DNA from: Adineta vaga
Lineage: Eukaryota > Animalia > Rotifera
Assembly: GCA_021613535.1 (NCBI GenBank)
Contig: CP075494.1
Coordinates: forward strand, 1,054,001 to 1,118,000
Direction: 5' to 3'
Length of the DNA stretch: 64,000 nucleotides
Shown: positions 1 through 11,971 of the stretch, in pieces
Position numbering within the stretch: position 1 is the first letter of the stretch
How the letters are laid out: each line of letters starts with the position of its first letter
Notes under the pieces: generated by a model
What the model saw: the letters and a program-made list of their open reading frames with translations, nothing else
Database searches by the model: none
Told to the model about the DNA's origin: nothing
Position numbers and translations under genes: made by a program

Positions 1-200
1 GAAAATAATAATGGAATACATGATGAAACATTCCATAAAGTACGTTTTCTGAAAAGAATTATATTTAATACATTATCAATTGTACCAAAAACAATAAATA
101 AAATACCAATAGATACGAGAAGTTTGTTTTTAATATCTTCCATCAAAAGAATTGTAGATGAAATATTCGAAGACGATAAAAGACTTTGATTTGAGTTCAT
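1..200 (-). CDS. GPCR-like 7TM receptor, N-terminus/TM1 only (runs off window)
   Basis: Manual translation from ATG at 200: MNSNQSLLSSSNISSTILLMEDIKNKLLVSIGILFIVFGTIDNVLNIILFRKRTLWNVSSCIPLLF; same TM1 pattern as the 60912 GPCR (GLIGNVFNCIMF..R). Confidence 0.7.
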   Translation of the reverse strand, partial: MNSNQSLLSSSNISSTILLMEDIKNKLLVSIGILFIVFGTIDNVLNIILFRKRTLWNVSSCIPLLF

Positions 201-1122
201 ATTCACGTCGTATAATTAGAAAAGAACTTCAAGATGATTTACTTGTAACATTATCGTATACAAAAAAACAAGTCATTTGTTTTTAATTATTGAAGCGATG
301 AAAAGAAGTAATGATAATTAAAGAGCGAACATCAAAGATTATCCCACGGAAACACTTGATAAACTTCACTTCAATACAGAACCATATTACTATTTCATCC
401 TTATAACTATATCATGAAGAGAACACATTTGTATAACTTTACACCGAATCATAAACGTATTAGAAGAAGAAGAAGAATTTGATACGTTGATATTCGAATC
501 TTCTTGTATCACCATTCTGGAAAACATGTAGATTAGAACGATAATCTTATTTTTAACTTTTTTAATGTTATAATATGTTGTGATGACATTAGAATAAATG
601 TTTCTATTTACATCTTCTAATATAAGAAGGATTCTTTCGGTAGCTTAGAATTGTATTTTATCATTAGAAACAGGATTTCGGTAATTAAAAAAAGACCATA
701 TGTATTTTTAGTTTTATTCTCTAGAGAGAGAGTAATGAGTTTGTACAAAAATAGAAATAATTGTCTTGGTACTGATCATATTCTTTTTTCTTAGATATAG
801 TTAATTGTCAGAAAAGATAAGAAGAATTATTATTATTATTATTATTAGTATCAGATACTTTGTTATTCGTAAAATATCTAACGGAAATTTTGCAAATTCG
901 TTAAATTTAATAGATGGTGTGCAGTTATTAACTGTTAGTTTCTCACCCACACCCAATACACGCTGCCAATTCGAAAAAATTCATATTTCGTATTTTTCTT
1001 ACGATGATGAAAATTCTTTCTTCTTTTTTTCTTTTCTTTTCAACTAAAGTGTTTTTCTTGATTTTGAATTACTTAAGTTAATATAGAAATATTTACGAAA
1101 AAAAAAGTTTCAATTTGAATAA

Positions 1123-2428
1123 ATGGCAAATGATGACAAAATCAGAGATTCTCGTCAAGATTATTCAAAATTAATCAATCATCAATCATTGATAAAACAA
1201 ATTGATGAATGGGAAAGAAATTCAATTGAAAAAATTCAACATACAGCACAAGAATGTCGAGAAGAACTTCTTAAGTATATGACGAATAATATTTGGAACA
1301 TTGAAAAAAAATTTAATGAATTAAAACATATTCAACGAGAAAATCAATCAAATGAAATGAATTTTGAATATTTAAAAAAACGATTCGATGTTATGACAAA
1401 AGAATTTGATTGTCCATCAATAATTTCTATTCGAGAAGAAAATTCACAAGATTTTATTAAGAAAATTTCAATTGAATTTTGTGTAGAAAACAAATCGAAT
1501 AAATGGAAAGAAAATGGAAAGATTATTGCAGGACAAAATGGACAAGGAGAAGGATTGAATCAACTTAATAATCCTCAAGGAATATGTATTGATAAAAATA
1601 AGAATATTTTCATTGCTGATACATGGAATCATCGGATTCTTCAAAGAAAATCAAATGAAAATCAATGGAAAATTATTGCAGGTGGAAATGGACAAGGTGA
1701 TGATACTGATCAATTAGATAAACCAACGGATGTGATTTTTGATGAACAAAATAATTCATTGATTATTGCTGATACAGGAAATAAACGAGTTATTCAATTA
1801 TGTTTAGATCAAAGTCAAGGAATGAGTCGATTTATTCCTTGGTGGAATGAAAATCAAGAAGAAATTCTCATCGAAGATATTAATTGTTGGGGTTTAGCAA
1901 TGGATAAATTTGGATTTCTCTATGTTTCGGATTTTATTAACAATGAAGTGAGAAAATGGAAAATTGGCGAAGAAAAAGGTCAATTAGTAGCGGGAGGAAA
2001 TGGACAAGGAAATCAACTTAATCAACTCAATTCTTCCTACTTATATCTTTGTTGATAATGAACAATCAATTTATATTTCAGATAATGAAAATAATCGTAT
2101 AATGAAATGGTTTAAAGATGCCAAAGAAGGTGTTATTGTAGCGGGTGGAAATGGTCAAGGTAATAATCTCAATCAACTTAGTAGTCCTGAAGGATTGATC
2201 GTTGATCGATTTGGACAAATTTATATAGCAGATTGTGAGAATTATCGAATTAGTCGTTGGTGTGAAGGTAAAGCAGAAGGGGAAATTATTCTTGGGAAAA
2301 ATGGAAAAGGAGAAAAATCAGATCAATTTGATTCTCCGATGGGTTTATCATTGGATGTTCGAGGAAATCTTTATATTGTTGATTCTGGAAATCATCGAAT
2401 TCAAAGATTTGCTTTTATTTGTGATTAA
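1123..2428 (+). pseudogene. Coiled-coil + NHL-repeat beta-propeller protein with one +1 frameshift (pseudogene or assembly error)
   Basis: NHL motifs (AGGNGQG..LNQL..P.GI.VD, IADT.NHRI) split over ORFs 1123-2055 and 2000-2428; one extra base in aat tct t cct act tat (~2031-2035) separates NQLNS from PTYIFVD. Confidence 0.8.
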
Positions 2429-2652
2429 ATATATTTTTAGAATTCAAATAAATGAGAAAAAGAAGAGTAATATTATTGTCTCGACCGAGACGAGGGTCAT
2501 TTGGAAAAAAATTAGTTTCTATATATGTAATGTTTGTGTCAGGGACCAAGTTCAATTTCAAGAAAACATACTGGAAACGTTCGAAAATTTCCCATTCTTT
2601 AAATTCGATTCATATGTGTATTCTATCTTTAAAAATACGAGTTTTTGGAAAC

Positions 2653-2730
2653 CTGAGGATGTGGGTGTATGGGTGTGAGTGACGCTGAGGTTACTACTTT
2701 CCTTTCACATCCACCACCTACACCCTGAAG
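2653..2730. repeat. Telomere-like inverted-arm element
   Basis: ctgaggatgtgggtgtatgggtgtgag ... catccaccacctacaccctgaag. Confidence 0.6.
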
Positions 2731-3385
2731 ATATGATTCTCAACTGTCTCATAGTAATCAACTCTCTTTTGATGATCAATTTCACCTATACTCTCAAGAA
2801 CAGAATAAAACAAAATTGGAATATTCCAACTTATTCTTGTTCTCTTACCATAAAGGTAAGCGCACGACAACTAGAGAACATAAATGCACTCATGAAAATT
2901 TTGTTCGCTTCTGTTATAAAATAACAGAAGAAACAGAACGTTTCTTTTTCTGTTGAAAAAAAATCGAATCTGCCTTTTTTATTCTTATGTACCGTAATTT
3001 TTGAATAGAAAATAAGAGTCACATCGATACACTAGCAGACAGACGTTCGTCATCTTTGTATCGTATTCTCTCTGGAAGTCAATCGTTTGAGAATAGTTCC
3101 ATAAATACATGTTTGTATATTTTCATATGAACTCTTCACCGACTAAAGATATTCTTCGATTTCCAAACTAATCACATGGGACAGTATATATGTGATTATT
3201 ATACCTACTATGAATCTACTTTTATTCATTTCTATCAGCTAATAGTAAGAGATTGAACTCTATTCCAATCTATAGTATATATAAATGAAAATACTTTACA
3301 TTTCTTATCACCCTATTAAGATCTATTCGAATTATCGAGATCGGTTTTATAAAAATATTGTTTCATTCCACGAAATACTTTTTAG

Positions 3386-6163
3386 ATGGATCAAATTCAC
3401 ATAAATCAATCAAAGATCAAACAAGTAACTACAATGAATTCATCGTCGCTTATGGAAGGAATACTACTAGTTTGGTTTTCTTCCGCTCATGAATTAACAA
3501 TGATACCAAAGGAGTTAAATAGTCAAACTATTTGTTACTTTAATGAACAAGAATGTATTGATTTCATTACTGCAAATGCCCAAGAAATTATCTTTTTAAT
3601 AACTTCTATTTCATTTGCCGATAGTATTTTGCATCGTATTCATGAATTAAGACAAGTGGATTCTGTTTTCTTATTTTCTAATCAATTGGAAACGATTCGA
3701 GACGATTTATTTGATCGATATTCAAAAATTATTGGAAATTTCTCTCAATCGGATTTATTATTTGAAAGTATCAAAGAAAATATCACATTGGCAAATAAAC
3801 AATCTGAAACATTTAAATTTTATGATCAAAATCAAAAATCTACACGAGATCTATCGAAAGAGTCGGCGACATTTCTTTGGCTAAAACTATTTCGTGATAT
3901 TTTTGTTCAACTTCCATTAGACAAACATGCTAAAACAGATATGATTTGTAGATTAAAAGAATATTATCATAATAATAACAAACAATTAAAATTAATTGAT
4001 GAATTTAGTCGTAATTATAAACCGGAAAATGCTCTTCAATGGTACACAGATCAACCATTTATCTATAAACAACTTAATAGAGCCTTAAGAACAGAAAATA
4101 TTGAGCAATTGCATGCATTTCGATTTTTTATCGCGGGTCTTTGTTTAAGCATTACTGAAGAACATCAATTTATAAAAGAATTTTTTGAAAATATAACAGT
4201 TTATCGTGGTTTAACAATGTCTCAAATTGAATTTGAAAAATTAAAAGATAATGTCGGTAAGCTTATTTCAATGAATGGATTTTTATCAACAAGTCGATCG
4301 AAAAACGTAGCCATGACATTTTCCGGTAGACCAACGGAAAATAAGCAAAGTGTTCTTTTTCAAATTGAATGCAATGTGGAAGTCTTACAGGATGCTGTCG
4401 TTTTCGCTGATATTGAACGATTTAGTAAATATCCAGAAGAAAAAGAAGTTTTATTTGATTTGGGAGCTACATTTGAAATCATAAGTATGAATAAAGATGA
4501 ATCGACACATTATTGGTTGGTACATTTAAAAGCTACAGATATTGGTGAAAAAATTTCACAAGAATATATTCAATCAAATAGAAGAGAAATGGTGGGAGAG
4601 AGTTCTGCAATTGCATTTCCAAGTTTACTTGCTGATATGGGCGAGCATACACAAGCATTAAAGTTTTACGAACAATTATTATTTAATGATAGTGGTGAAG
4701 ATCAAGCGAAGATTTTTCATGGTATTGGTTCTATTTATTCAGTTAAAAGACAGTTTGATAAAGCTATTGCTAATCTTTCACATGCTTATCAATTAATGAT
4801 TAATGCTGATCCACAACGTGTGGAAGAATCAACAATTGTCCTCAATAGTTTAGGAAATGTACATACATCAAAAGGTGAATATGACAAAGCGATTATACAT
4901 TTCTTAGAAGCTTTAATGAATAGACGACGACTATTTGGTGATGAACTATTTAACATAGATGCTGATATCATGTCTAATATTGGCAATGTTCATTTTTTAG
5001 AAGGGAAAGATTATGATCTCGCCTTAGAGTATTACTCAAAAGCTTTCGATATCCAAGAAACTTGTTATCCAACTAATCATGCTATAATAGCAAATGCTCT
5101 TCATAATATAGCTAATTGTTATGCAAGAAAAAAAAATTATCATCAGTCATTAAAATATTTTAATGAGAGTTTTACTATAAAAAAACAAATTCTTCCACCT
5201 GAACATGTGGATTTAGCTGCTACTCTAACAAGTATAGGTACTATCAACTATAAAATGGGCAAAATAGATGAATCGCTTAATCATTTTACAAAAGCTATGA
5301 AAATATATGAAACGGCTTTTCCAAATGGTCATCCGAATACTTCAATATGTTTAACTAGCATAGCTCATTTTTATTATTCGCAAGATAATTTGGATGAAGC
5401 ACTGAAATATTTCGAAAAAGCACTCGAAATGAATGAATTATTTCTACCAATCATTAATAGTGATATAGCAGGTAATCTAATTAACATTGCTAATGTTTTA
5501 GCTGATCAAAACAAACAAGAAGATGCTATAGCTTATCGACTACTATCCCTTGCAATAGAAGAAAAATTATATCCAAACGGAAGTATTACAATGATGAATA
5601 ATTTGATTAAAATAGCAGAAATGTACTTTGAAAGAGGTGATTATCCTCGCACCATAGCATTTAGTTTGAAAACATTAATTGTTATAAGATGTTTGCGTAA
5701 TGATCAAGTTCATCTAGTTACCATAGCAAATATCCTATGCAATATTGGAATGGCTTTCATGTTGAAAGGTCAGATGGATTTGTCATTAGCTTATCATATT
5801 CGAGCTCTTCACCGACGATATCAAATGTATCCCGATGGACATAATAGTCTTTGTATGAGTCTCACTCATACAGCGACTCTTTATCATTTGAAAGAACAAC
5901 ATACACGTGCACTAAAATACTATGAAGAAGCTTTAATTATGTATCTAAAGCTTTTCCCTGATACATATCAAGTTAATTATCAAGTTGGCGAAATTTTCTT
6001 CAATATTAGTAACATTTATTCAATTAAAGATAATTTACATCTTTCTCTACAATATGCTGAAAAAGCATTGGATGTATTTCGTAGTACGACTGTTCGAGAA
6101 AATCGTAGTCGAAAAGCAGCTGAAGAAATTATTGCTCAAATAAAACAACGAATGCAATCTTAA
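3386..6163 (+). CDS. ADP-ribosyltransferase (R-S-E type) + TPR-repeat protein
   Basis: YRG, GFLSTS and PEEKEVLF (ExE) motifs, then about 11-12 divergent 42-aa TPRs (HP..A..L.NIG..Y...G.Y..AL); single 925-aa ORF. Confidence 0.9.
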   Translation: MDQIHINQSKIKQVTTMNSSSLMEGILLVWFSSAHELTMIPKELNSQTICYFNEQECIDFITANAQEIIFLITSISFADSILHRIHELRQVDSVFLFSNQLETIRDDLFDRYSKIIGNFSQSDLLFESIKENITLANKQSETFKFYDQNQKSTRDLSKESATFLWLKLFRDIFVQLPLDKHAKTDMICRLKEYYHNNNKQLKLIDEFSRNYKPENALQWYTDQPFIYKQLNRALRTENIEQLHAFRFFIAGLCLSITEEHQFIKEFFENITVYRGLTMSQIEFEKLKDNVGKLISMNGFLSTSRSKNVAMTFSGRPTENKQSVLFQIECNVEVLQDAVVFADIERFSKYPEEKEVLFDLGATFEIISMNKDESTHYWLVHLKATDIGEKISQEYIQSNRREMVGESSAIAFPSLLADMGEHTQALKFYEQLLFNDSGEDQAKIFHGIGSIYSVKRQFDKAIANLSHAYQLMINADPQRVEESTIVLNSLGNVHTSKGEYDKAIIHFLEALMNRRRLFGDELFNIDADIMSNIGNVHFLEGKDYDLALEYYSKAFDIQETCYPTNHAIIANALHNIANCYARKKNYHQSLKYFNESFTIKKQILPPEHVDLAATLTSIGTINYKMGKIDESLNHFTKAMKIYETAFPNGHPNTSICLTSIAHFYYSQDNLDEALKYFEKALEMNELFLPIINSDIAGNLINIANVLADQNKQEDAIAYRLLSLAIEEKLYPNGSITMMNNLIKIAEMYFERGDYPRTIAFSLKTLIVIRCLRNDQVHLVTIANILCNIGMAFMLKGQMDLSLAYHIRALHRRYQMYPDGHNSLCMSLTHTATLYHLKEQHTRALKYYEEALIMYLKLFPDTYQVNYQVGEIFFNISNIYSIKDNLHLSLQYAEKALDVFRSTTVRENRSRKAAEEIIAQIKQRMQS

Positions 6164-6181
6164 TTATCATACGAACGGCGA

Positions 6182-6233
6182 TTGAGGGTGTGAGTGTAAG
6201 CCAGTATCTCTATCCACGCTCATCCACATCCAT
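6182..6233. repeat. Telomere-like inverted-arm element
   Basis: ttgagggtgtgagtgt ... acgctcatccacatccatc, about 20 nt after the ART-TPR stop. Confidence 0.55.
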
Positions 6234-6445
6234 CGTGGTTTGACTTTTCGTAGAAAAATGATTTATGTTTCTTTTTTGCGTTTCAGCAGAGCGATAACAA
6301 AGTTTTTTCTTTTGTCTACAGATAACGTGATATATGACATCTCATGTTGGAAGTTTTTGCACAATACTGTCATTAACGATTACAGAAAGATGAAATCAGT
6401 TGTGGATTTTATTTAACTGAAGTAAATTTCGAATTAGTTTTTTCT

Positions 6446-7123
6446 ATGTCGAATAATCGTGTTTCAGCCATAAGCGATGGCTCTATGGGTATTGCCGTGG
6501 GACGTTCAGTCACTGTTCAGGCATCCATGGGTACACCTCAAGCGACTGGAAAACTAGCTTGGGTTCAGAATACATACGCATCACAATACAATCATGCTGT
6601 TGGATGTTGGGAATCGTTCGACAATACTATCAAGAAGAGACGAATGCGTGGTGGCCATCTCTTGCTCTATCGATTCGTAATACTCGCTGTTGTAGTTGTT
6701 TCATTTGTACTAGGAGGTTTAAGTTCGGAGGTGAAAGCTTACGTCGCATTTCCGGTCGTATCCACCGTAATCTATCTGAGTCTCACCATTTGGAATTGGC
6801 ATGTCTTTCGAACAAATGGGAATCTGCTGCATTCACACATGATTCATGTGCCTGATAATGCGCTCCCTGGATGGAGTAATCGGTTTTACACTATTCCTGT
6901 CTATACTCAGATCACTGACCACCAGGTTTTGGCTATCTCGAACTATGCTGGAACAGCTATCGGCCAACTGATAGAACAAAGTCGAGATTCAAGCTCCATT
7001 GAAGTTATGTTCTACACGAACAGTTTTCTGAAGGAGACCAAATTTCCAAAAGAAACTTTGCTTCATTTCATCATTTTCATTATTGTAATTATTGTTGCCA
7101 TAGCAAGTGTAGTGAAAGAATAA
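6446..7123 (+). CDS. Uncharacterised membrane protein (about 3 TM)
   Basis: 225-aa ORF, GC-richer than flanks, with hydrophobic segments FVILAVVVVSFVLGG, AYVAFPVVSTVIYLSLTIW and LLHFIIFIIVIIVAIASVV. Confidence 0.65.
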   Translation: MSNNRVSAISDGSMGIAVGRSVTVQASMGTPQATGKLAWVQNTYASQYNHAVGCWESFDNTIKKRRMRGGHLLLYRFVILAVVVVSFVLGGLSSEVKAYVAFPVVSTVIYLSLTIWNWHVFRTNGNLLHSHMIHVPDNALPGWSNRFYTIPVYTQITDHQVLAISNYAGTAIGQLIEQSRDSSSIEVMFYTNSFLKETKFPKETLLHFIIFIIVIIVAIASVVKE

Positions 7124-7206
7124 AAGGCATCCAAGTTGACTTTTACAGAAGTAAAATATTTTCGAAAAAGAAAACATTGAAATGGATTATCAAACCACAA
7201 TAAGCA

Positions 7207-7248
7207 TGAGGGTGTGGGTTAATAGTCTTGCCTTACCCACACCCTAGA
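7207..7248. repeat. Telomere-like inverted-arm element
   Basis: Perfect 11-bp inverted pair agggtgtgggt (7209-7219) / acccacaccct (7235-7245). Confidence 0.7.
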
Positions 7249-7587
7249 TTCTCTACCTATATTTCGCATCGTACAAAGAAAAACAGCAAGTCATACTTAA
7301 ATTAAAAGGAAGAAAGATTATCAAAATGGTAAAGGTAATAATATAGGTTGCACTAGACCAACGTAGGTGAGATATATGTGATAGTAATGAGAACATGGGC
7401 AGGGAATGTCCATAATCACCCTCTTTCTTCATATCATTGAAAAATTTCATCAGATAATATGATATTGTAGCTCGTACAAGCGTAAGACAATTCATTTCAA
7501 AAAGCAATTTAGAAGAACAGAAGCATCAAGCAGAAAAAGAGATGTTCTTATAGCATCCATATGTAATAGTTAATCAGTTAAATGTTT

Positions 7588-8630
7588 TCAAACATTCTCA
7601 TCTGGATATTGTCCCATTATTCTGAATTCTGAGTAAGAGACACTATTATGTTCTCCTCTTTTTGAAGTGACAAGAAGACGATAGCTTGCAAATGGTGACA
7701 CATTATCAACTAATGTTTGAGTTTCACCAAAAGATCGTCTTGTTAAAACGGATTGGAGACCCGAGCTACCATTATAAATCAAAGTCCAACTGTTTCCGAA
7801 AGTTAAATCAGATCCATTGTTATTGCTGCCTTCGATTGTGATTGTCATGGGATCGCGTTTTTTAGCATCCTTGTTTGTAGCCATTTGAAAAGACGTGAGA
7901 ATAAATGATTTGCTTTTGAATGTTAAATAAAAACCAGTTTTTATACCGCATTCATCTGTTGAATGGGATGTTCCACCACAAACACCATGGTTGGTATATT
8001 CTGTACTTACGTTATCATCTAACGCTCCTTCAGGTGGTTCGGCACGCCAATACGTACCAATTTGTATACCGGGTAAAGATACTGTACTAATGTCACCGGC
8101 AGTGGTGTTCCAAATACCATAGACTACTTCGTTTGTCCTTTGAAAGACTTGTAAACCTATAGATACAAAAAAAATAATATTTACTGGAATAAAATGTCGG
8201 ATATTCTATACTCTTCCTTCATCTGATCATTTGCACTAAAGGTTTGTATAGGACATTCTTACTTGTTGGTTTTGTAGCTGTTGTCGTCACTATGACGTTC
8301 GAAGCTGTAGTTGGATTGTTTTCATTTGTAGTGAATGACGTTGTGTCGGTTGATAAATCTGTTGCAAATGATGCATTCATATTCATCGTAGTTACACTTG
8401 TCTTACCCGTCTTTCTCAATGAAATAATCATTATCGGAACTACGATTGCTATAATAATTAATAATCCCAGACTAATACAAATGATCATCCACAATCGTCG
8501 TTTAGGACTATCGACTGCAATCCTAAAGTATATGTTTAGATATATAATAGGTACTTCATCTAATATAATTGACTTACTCTGTAGTTGCTGATGATACATC
8601 TTCTTGTTGATGATCATTATCTGTTGCCAT
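7588..8630 (-). CDS. Type II membrane protein: TM, Thr-rich stalk, C-terminal F5/8C(discoidin/CBM32)-like domain; 3 exons
   Basis: Exons 8630-8578, 8522-8263 and 8156-7588 splice in frame at GT-AG (introns 55 and 106 nt); C-domain GIWNTTAG..EPP..ALD..TGFY..MATNKDAKKRDPMTITIEGSN resembles the bacterial F5/8-like T.AND.P.RDP..W.L.GS motif. Confidence 0.75.
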
Positions 8631-9426
8631 CACAATTACAATTCACAATAATTATCCTTTATTTTATATTTGCGACTATTCAGCGCGATTCACTTTAACG
8701 TATAATGAGACTGAAGATGAAACAGAAAAATCTCTGGTAATTATTTTTTTCAGTCATCTGTATGAACGCAAAGCATTTACTTTATCTTTTTTTTGCTAAA
8801 ACCGTATGTGATTGTTTTTCTTTGTTCCCAAACTGGAATATGCCGTTTCTCATGAATAAAAAAGAAATCCTTATCATATGGAATTTTAATTGATCAGAAT
8901 TTGAGAAAAATTTTGGTAGATTAACTATGAACCGAATATTCTAGTTGTTATAGATCAATGTTTCATTAAATTGTGTTTGAAAAAAAATATGTGAGAATAT
9001 CTAATAACGATTACAATTTGTTTCACATAAATATTTTGTTTTACATCGAAATCTTCAGAACAATCATAACCTAGGTACTAATATAATCATTAAAAACAAA
9101 ATATATCAAGATAGTTGACGTCACAACTATATTATTTTATCATCTCGAAAACATGTCAAATAACATTTCGGATATTCTATTTAGTTCTGTTCCTTATGTC
9201 AAATTACAGAATTTTTCTCGAAATTTGATTCATTTTTATTAAAAGACAAGATCGTATATCATCTAACAAATATTTAGTTGAAATATGAGAGTGATAAATA
9301 TTTTCAAGTATATATATTCTCAATCGAATAGTTAAAAAAAAAGAACGAATTATTTATTACAAGATTATTCTTATCAATATAAGCGTGTTGTATATCATCA
9401 AAAAAAACCCGTAAAAGACAAGATTT

Positions 9427-11097
9427 ATGATGAAAAAAGCAAAAATTTATATTCTTCTTGGTTTAATTCTCTTGTTAATACTAATTACAATTGCATTAGT
9501 ATCATCAATATTAGGTATTATTATTCAACGATTAAATAAATCTGAGACAAATAATATTGAATGTAATCAAGGTATGTTAGTATGTTCAATATCTTCAAAT
9601 GATTTAATGAAACATTTACAACAATTACAAAATATTGCTGATGAATCAAATGGTACTCGTGCTATTCATACGAAAGGATTTAATCAAACATTTGATTATA
9701 TTTACAATTATTTACAAACAAATACAAATTTAAAAATTCAAACCGAATATTTTCCTTATATGAAATTTATATTAAATAATGAACCAATCTTATCAATAAA
9801 TATTAATGGAATAAAAATTAATTATACATATGGTTTAGAACATGATTTTACATATTTAAGAAATTCTGGTTCATCTAATTTCAATACGATATTTCAATTA
9901 ATATCAATACCTAATTTTGGTTGTGACGAATCCGATTGGTTAAATGTAACATCGTCACCAAACGGTAAAATCGTTCTTATTCAACGTGGTATTTGTACAT
10001 TTACTGAAAAATCTATTTTGGCTACAAAATACAATGTTGCTGGTCTTCTGATGTATAATGATGGTACATCATCGGATCGATATTTACCAGTTTCAGGAAG
10101 AGTTGATCAAAATACAACATTTCCAGCATTATCTTTATCGTATCAAATCGGTATAAAATCATTAAATGCAATACAAAATTCAACTAATGTTTTTGTACAA
10201 ATTCATATTTCAACAACTAAATATCCCGAATCAGTTGGTAATATTTGTGCTCATACAATAACAGGTGATGCAACTCAAACAATTGTAATTGGAAGTCATA
10301 CGGATAGTGTTGCCGATGGTCCAGGAATTAATGATGATGGTAGTGGTACTGCAACAAATCTTGTTTTAGCAACGAATTTAGCACATCTATTTCAAACTTC
10401 ATCTTATCCATCGTATAAATATCGTGTGAAATTCTGTTGGTGGGGTGCAGAAGAAGTTGGTATTGTTGGTTCTGGATATCATGTTTCTCAAGCAACTTTG
10501 AGTACAATTCCTGGTGAACGTATTTCTGATTATCTTGTGAATCTTAATTATGATATGTTAGGATCACCTAACTTTCAAATGGGTATTTATGATGGAAATA
10601 CGGCAAATTTTAGTACAACACCACCGAAAGCACTTCCTGGTAGTATTCGATTAACAGAATTATTTCGTGATTGGTTTATTAGTCAAAATCTTCCATATAC
10701 AATCAGTGAATTGGGTGGTGGAAGTGATTATGCATCGTTTCTAGCGGCTGGTATTGCCATATCAGGTTTAAATTCAGGCATTAGTGATAAAAAACCAAAA
10801 GAAGAAAGAGATTATTATAATCGATTGTTAGGTCAAGGAAATGGTGGTATAGCAAATGCTGAATATGATCCTTGTTATCATCAATCTTGTGATTCATTAG
10901 CAAATATTAATCCATTAGGTCATGAAAAATTATCAAAAGCCGCTGCTTATGTACTTGAATACTTGGGTAGACATTCAGATCTACGTTCATATTTATATCC
11001 TGCAGAAGAAATTCGTCAATTGGAAAAAACATCATCCTATAAAGCAAGAGAAAAATATGACGTTGAGAATGAATTCTATAGAAAAAAGAATATATAA
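9427..11097 (+). CDS. M28 family aminopeptidase with PA domain (aminopeptidase Y/SGAP-like), N-terminal signal anchor
   Basis: SHTDSV..GPGINDDGSG, WWGAEEVG, LNYDMLGSPN, SDY and DPCYHQSCD motifs; PA domain IQRGICTF..K; intronless. Confidence 0.92.
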   Translation: MMKKAKIYILLGLILLLILITIALVSSILGIIIQRLNKSETNNIECNQGMLVCSISSNDLMKHLQQLQNIADESNGTRAIHTKGFNQTFDYIYNYLQTNTNLKIQTEYFPYMKFILNNEPILSININGIKINYTYGLEHDFTYLRNSGSSNFNTIFQLISIPNFGCDESDWLNVTSSPNGKIVLIQRGICTFTEKSILATKYNVAGLLMYNDGTSSDRYLPVSGRVDQNTTFPALSLSYQIGIKSLNAIQNSTNVFVQIHISTTKYPESVGNICAHTITGDATQTIVIGSHTDSVADGPGINDDGSGTATNLVLATNLAHLFQTSSYPSYKYRVKFCWWGAEEVGIVGSGYHVSQATLSTIPGERISDYLVNLNYDMLGSPNFQMGIYDGNTANFSTTPPKALPGSIRLTELFRDWFISQNLPYTISELGGGSDYASFLAAGIAISGLNSGISDKKPKEERDYYNRLLGQGNGGIANAEYDPCYHQSCDSLANINPLGHEKLSKAAAYVLEYLGRHSDLRSYLYPAEEIRQLEKTSSYKAREKYDVENEFYRKKNI

Positions 11098-11194
11098 TTG
11101 TATTAGATTAGTAATCATAAAACTTTTTAAAATATTGTACTTTCAAAAAAAGATTTTATATATAACTTCTCATCCTCTATGGAATCGACGTAAT

Positions 11195-11335
11195 TCGATT
11201 TAAGACCTCATAATTACTTTCATCGGAAAATATGACCTTTGACCAATTCAAATGTTCATAACAGAACTTAATTTACGCTCGCTGTTGTGTAACAATTATT
11301 TTCGGTTTCTTTGGTGCCATATCGATCTTCTTATA
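11195..11335 (-). mobile_element. Degenerate Tc1/mariner transposase fragment
   Basis: Minus-strand translation YKKIDMAPKKPKIIVTQQRA*IKFCYEHLNWSKVIFSDESNYEVLNR (KKP..., W..V.FSDES) with an internal stop. Confidence 0.7.
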
Positions 11336-11971
11336 TTCTTACGTATTACATCGGAATGTACTTTGACATTTTCTTTTCATTTCTTCTCTTTGATGAAAGT
11401 GTATATCCGTATATGTTCTATCAGAACAATACGATTCATGATAGGAAGAAATAAACATAGGTGTAGGTTCCATCAACGTATATAATTTTCCCAGCAGACA
11501 TCTTCACACTAAAAATTTCCGGTGTTCATCGTTCCAATTGCTTCCAGATTGTATTACAAGGAAAATTTCAAGAACATTCTTCTCTCTTTATCATAAATAC
11601 ACAGATTACAGAAACTTTCGATTATATTATCGATAAAGAAGTTAACAAGACATGAAACTATTAGATATGAATGAGATACGAAGATATAGAATTAACTATA
11701 TTCATATCATATTGAGATTCAATAAATACATTTATATTATTCATACAATAAGTACAAAACTCTCTCACATGCATCTCTATATTCTTATATCAAAAATTGA
11801 TTTCCGTTATTTCATATAATTGGAATCAATTAAAGAGAAAAAACATTTGACAGAAAAATTTTCCTTGAAAGCACTATATGTGATTACTTTTTGCTCGGTG
11901 ATTTTCGAGTACAACATACAGTCGATTGTTATATTTATTTTTCAAACAGAAAGCCAAGAAATATCATTGAA

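Noticed and set aside
8244-8591. Hydrophobic plus-strand ORF
   Set aside because: Antisense shadow of the Thr-rich/TM exon of the 7588-8630 gene
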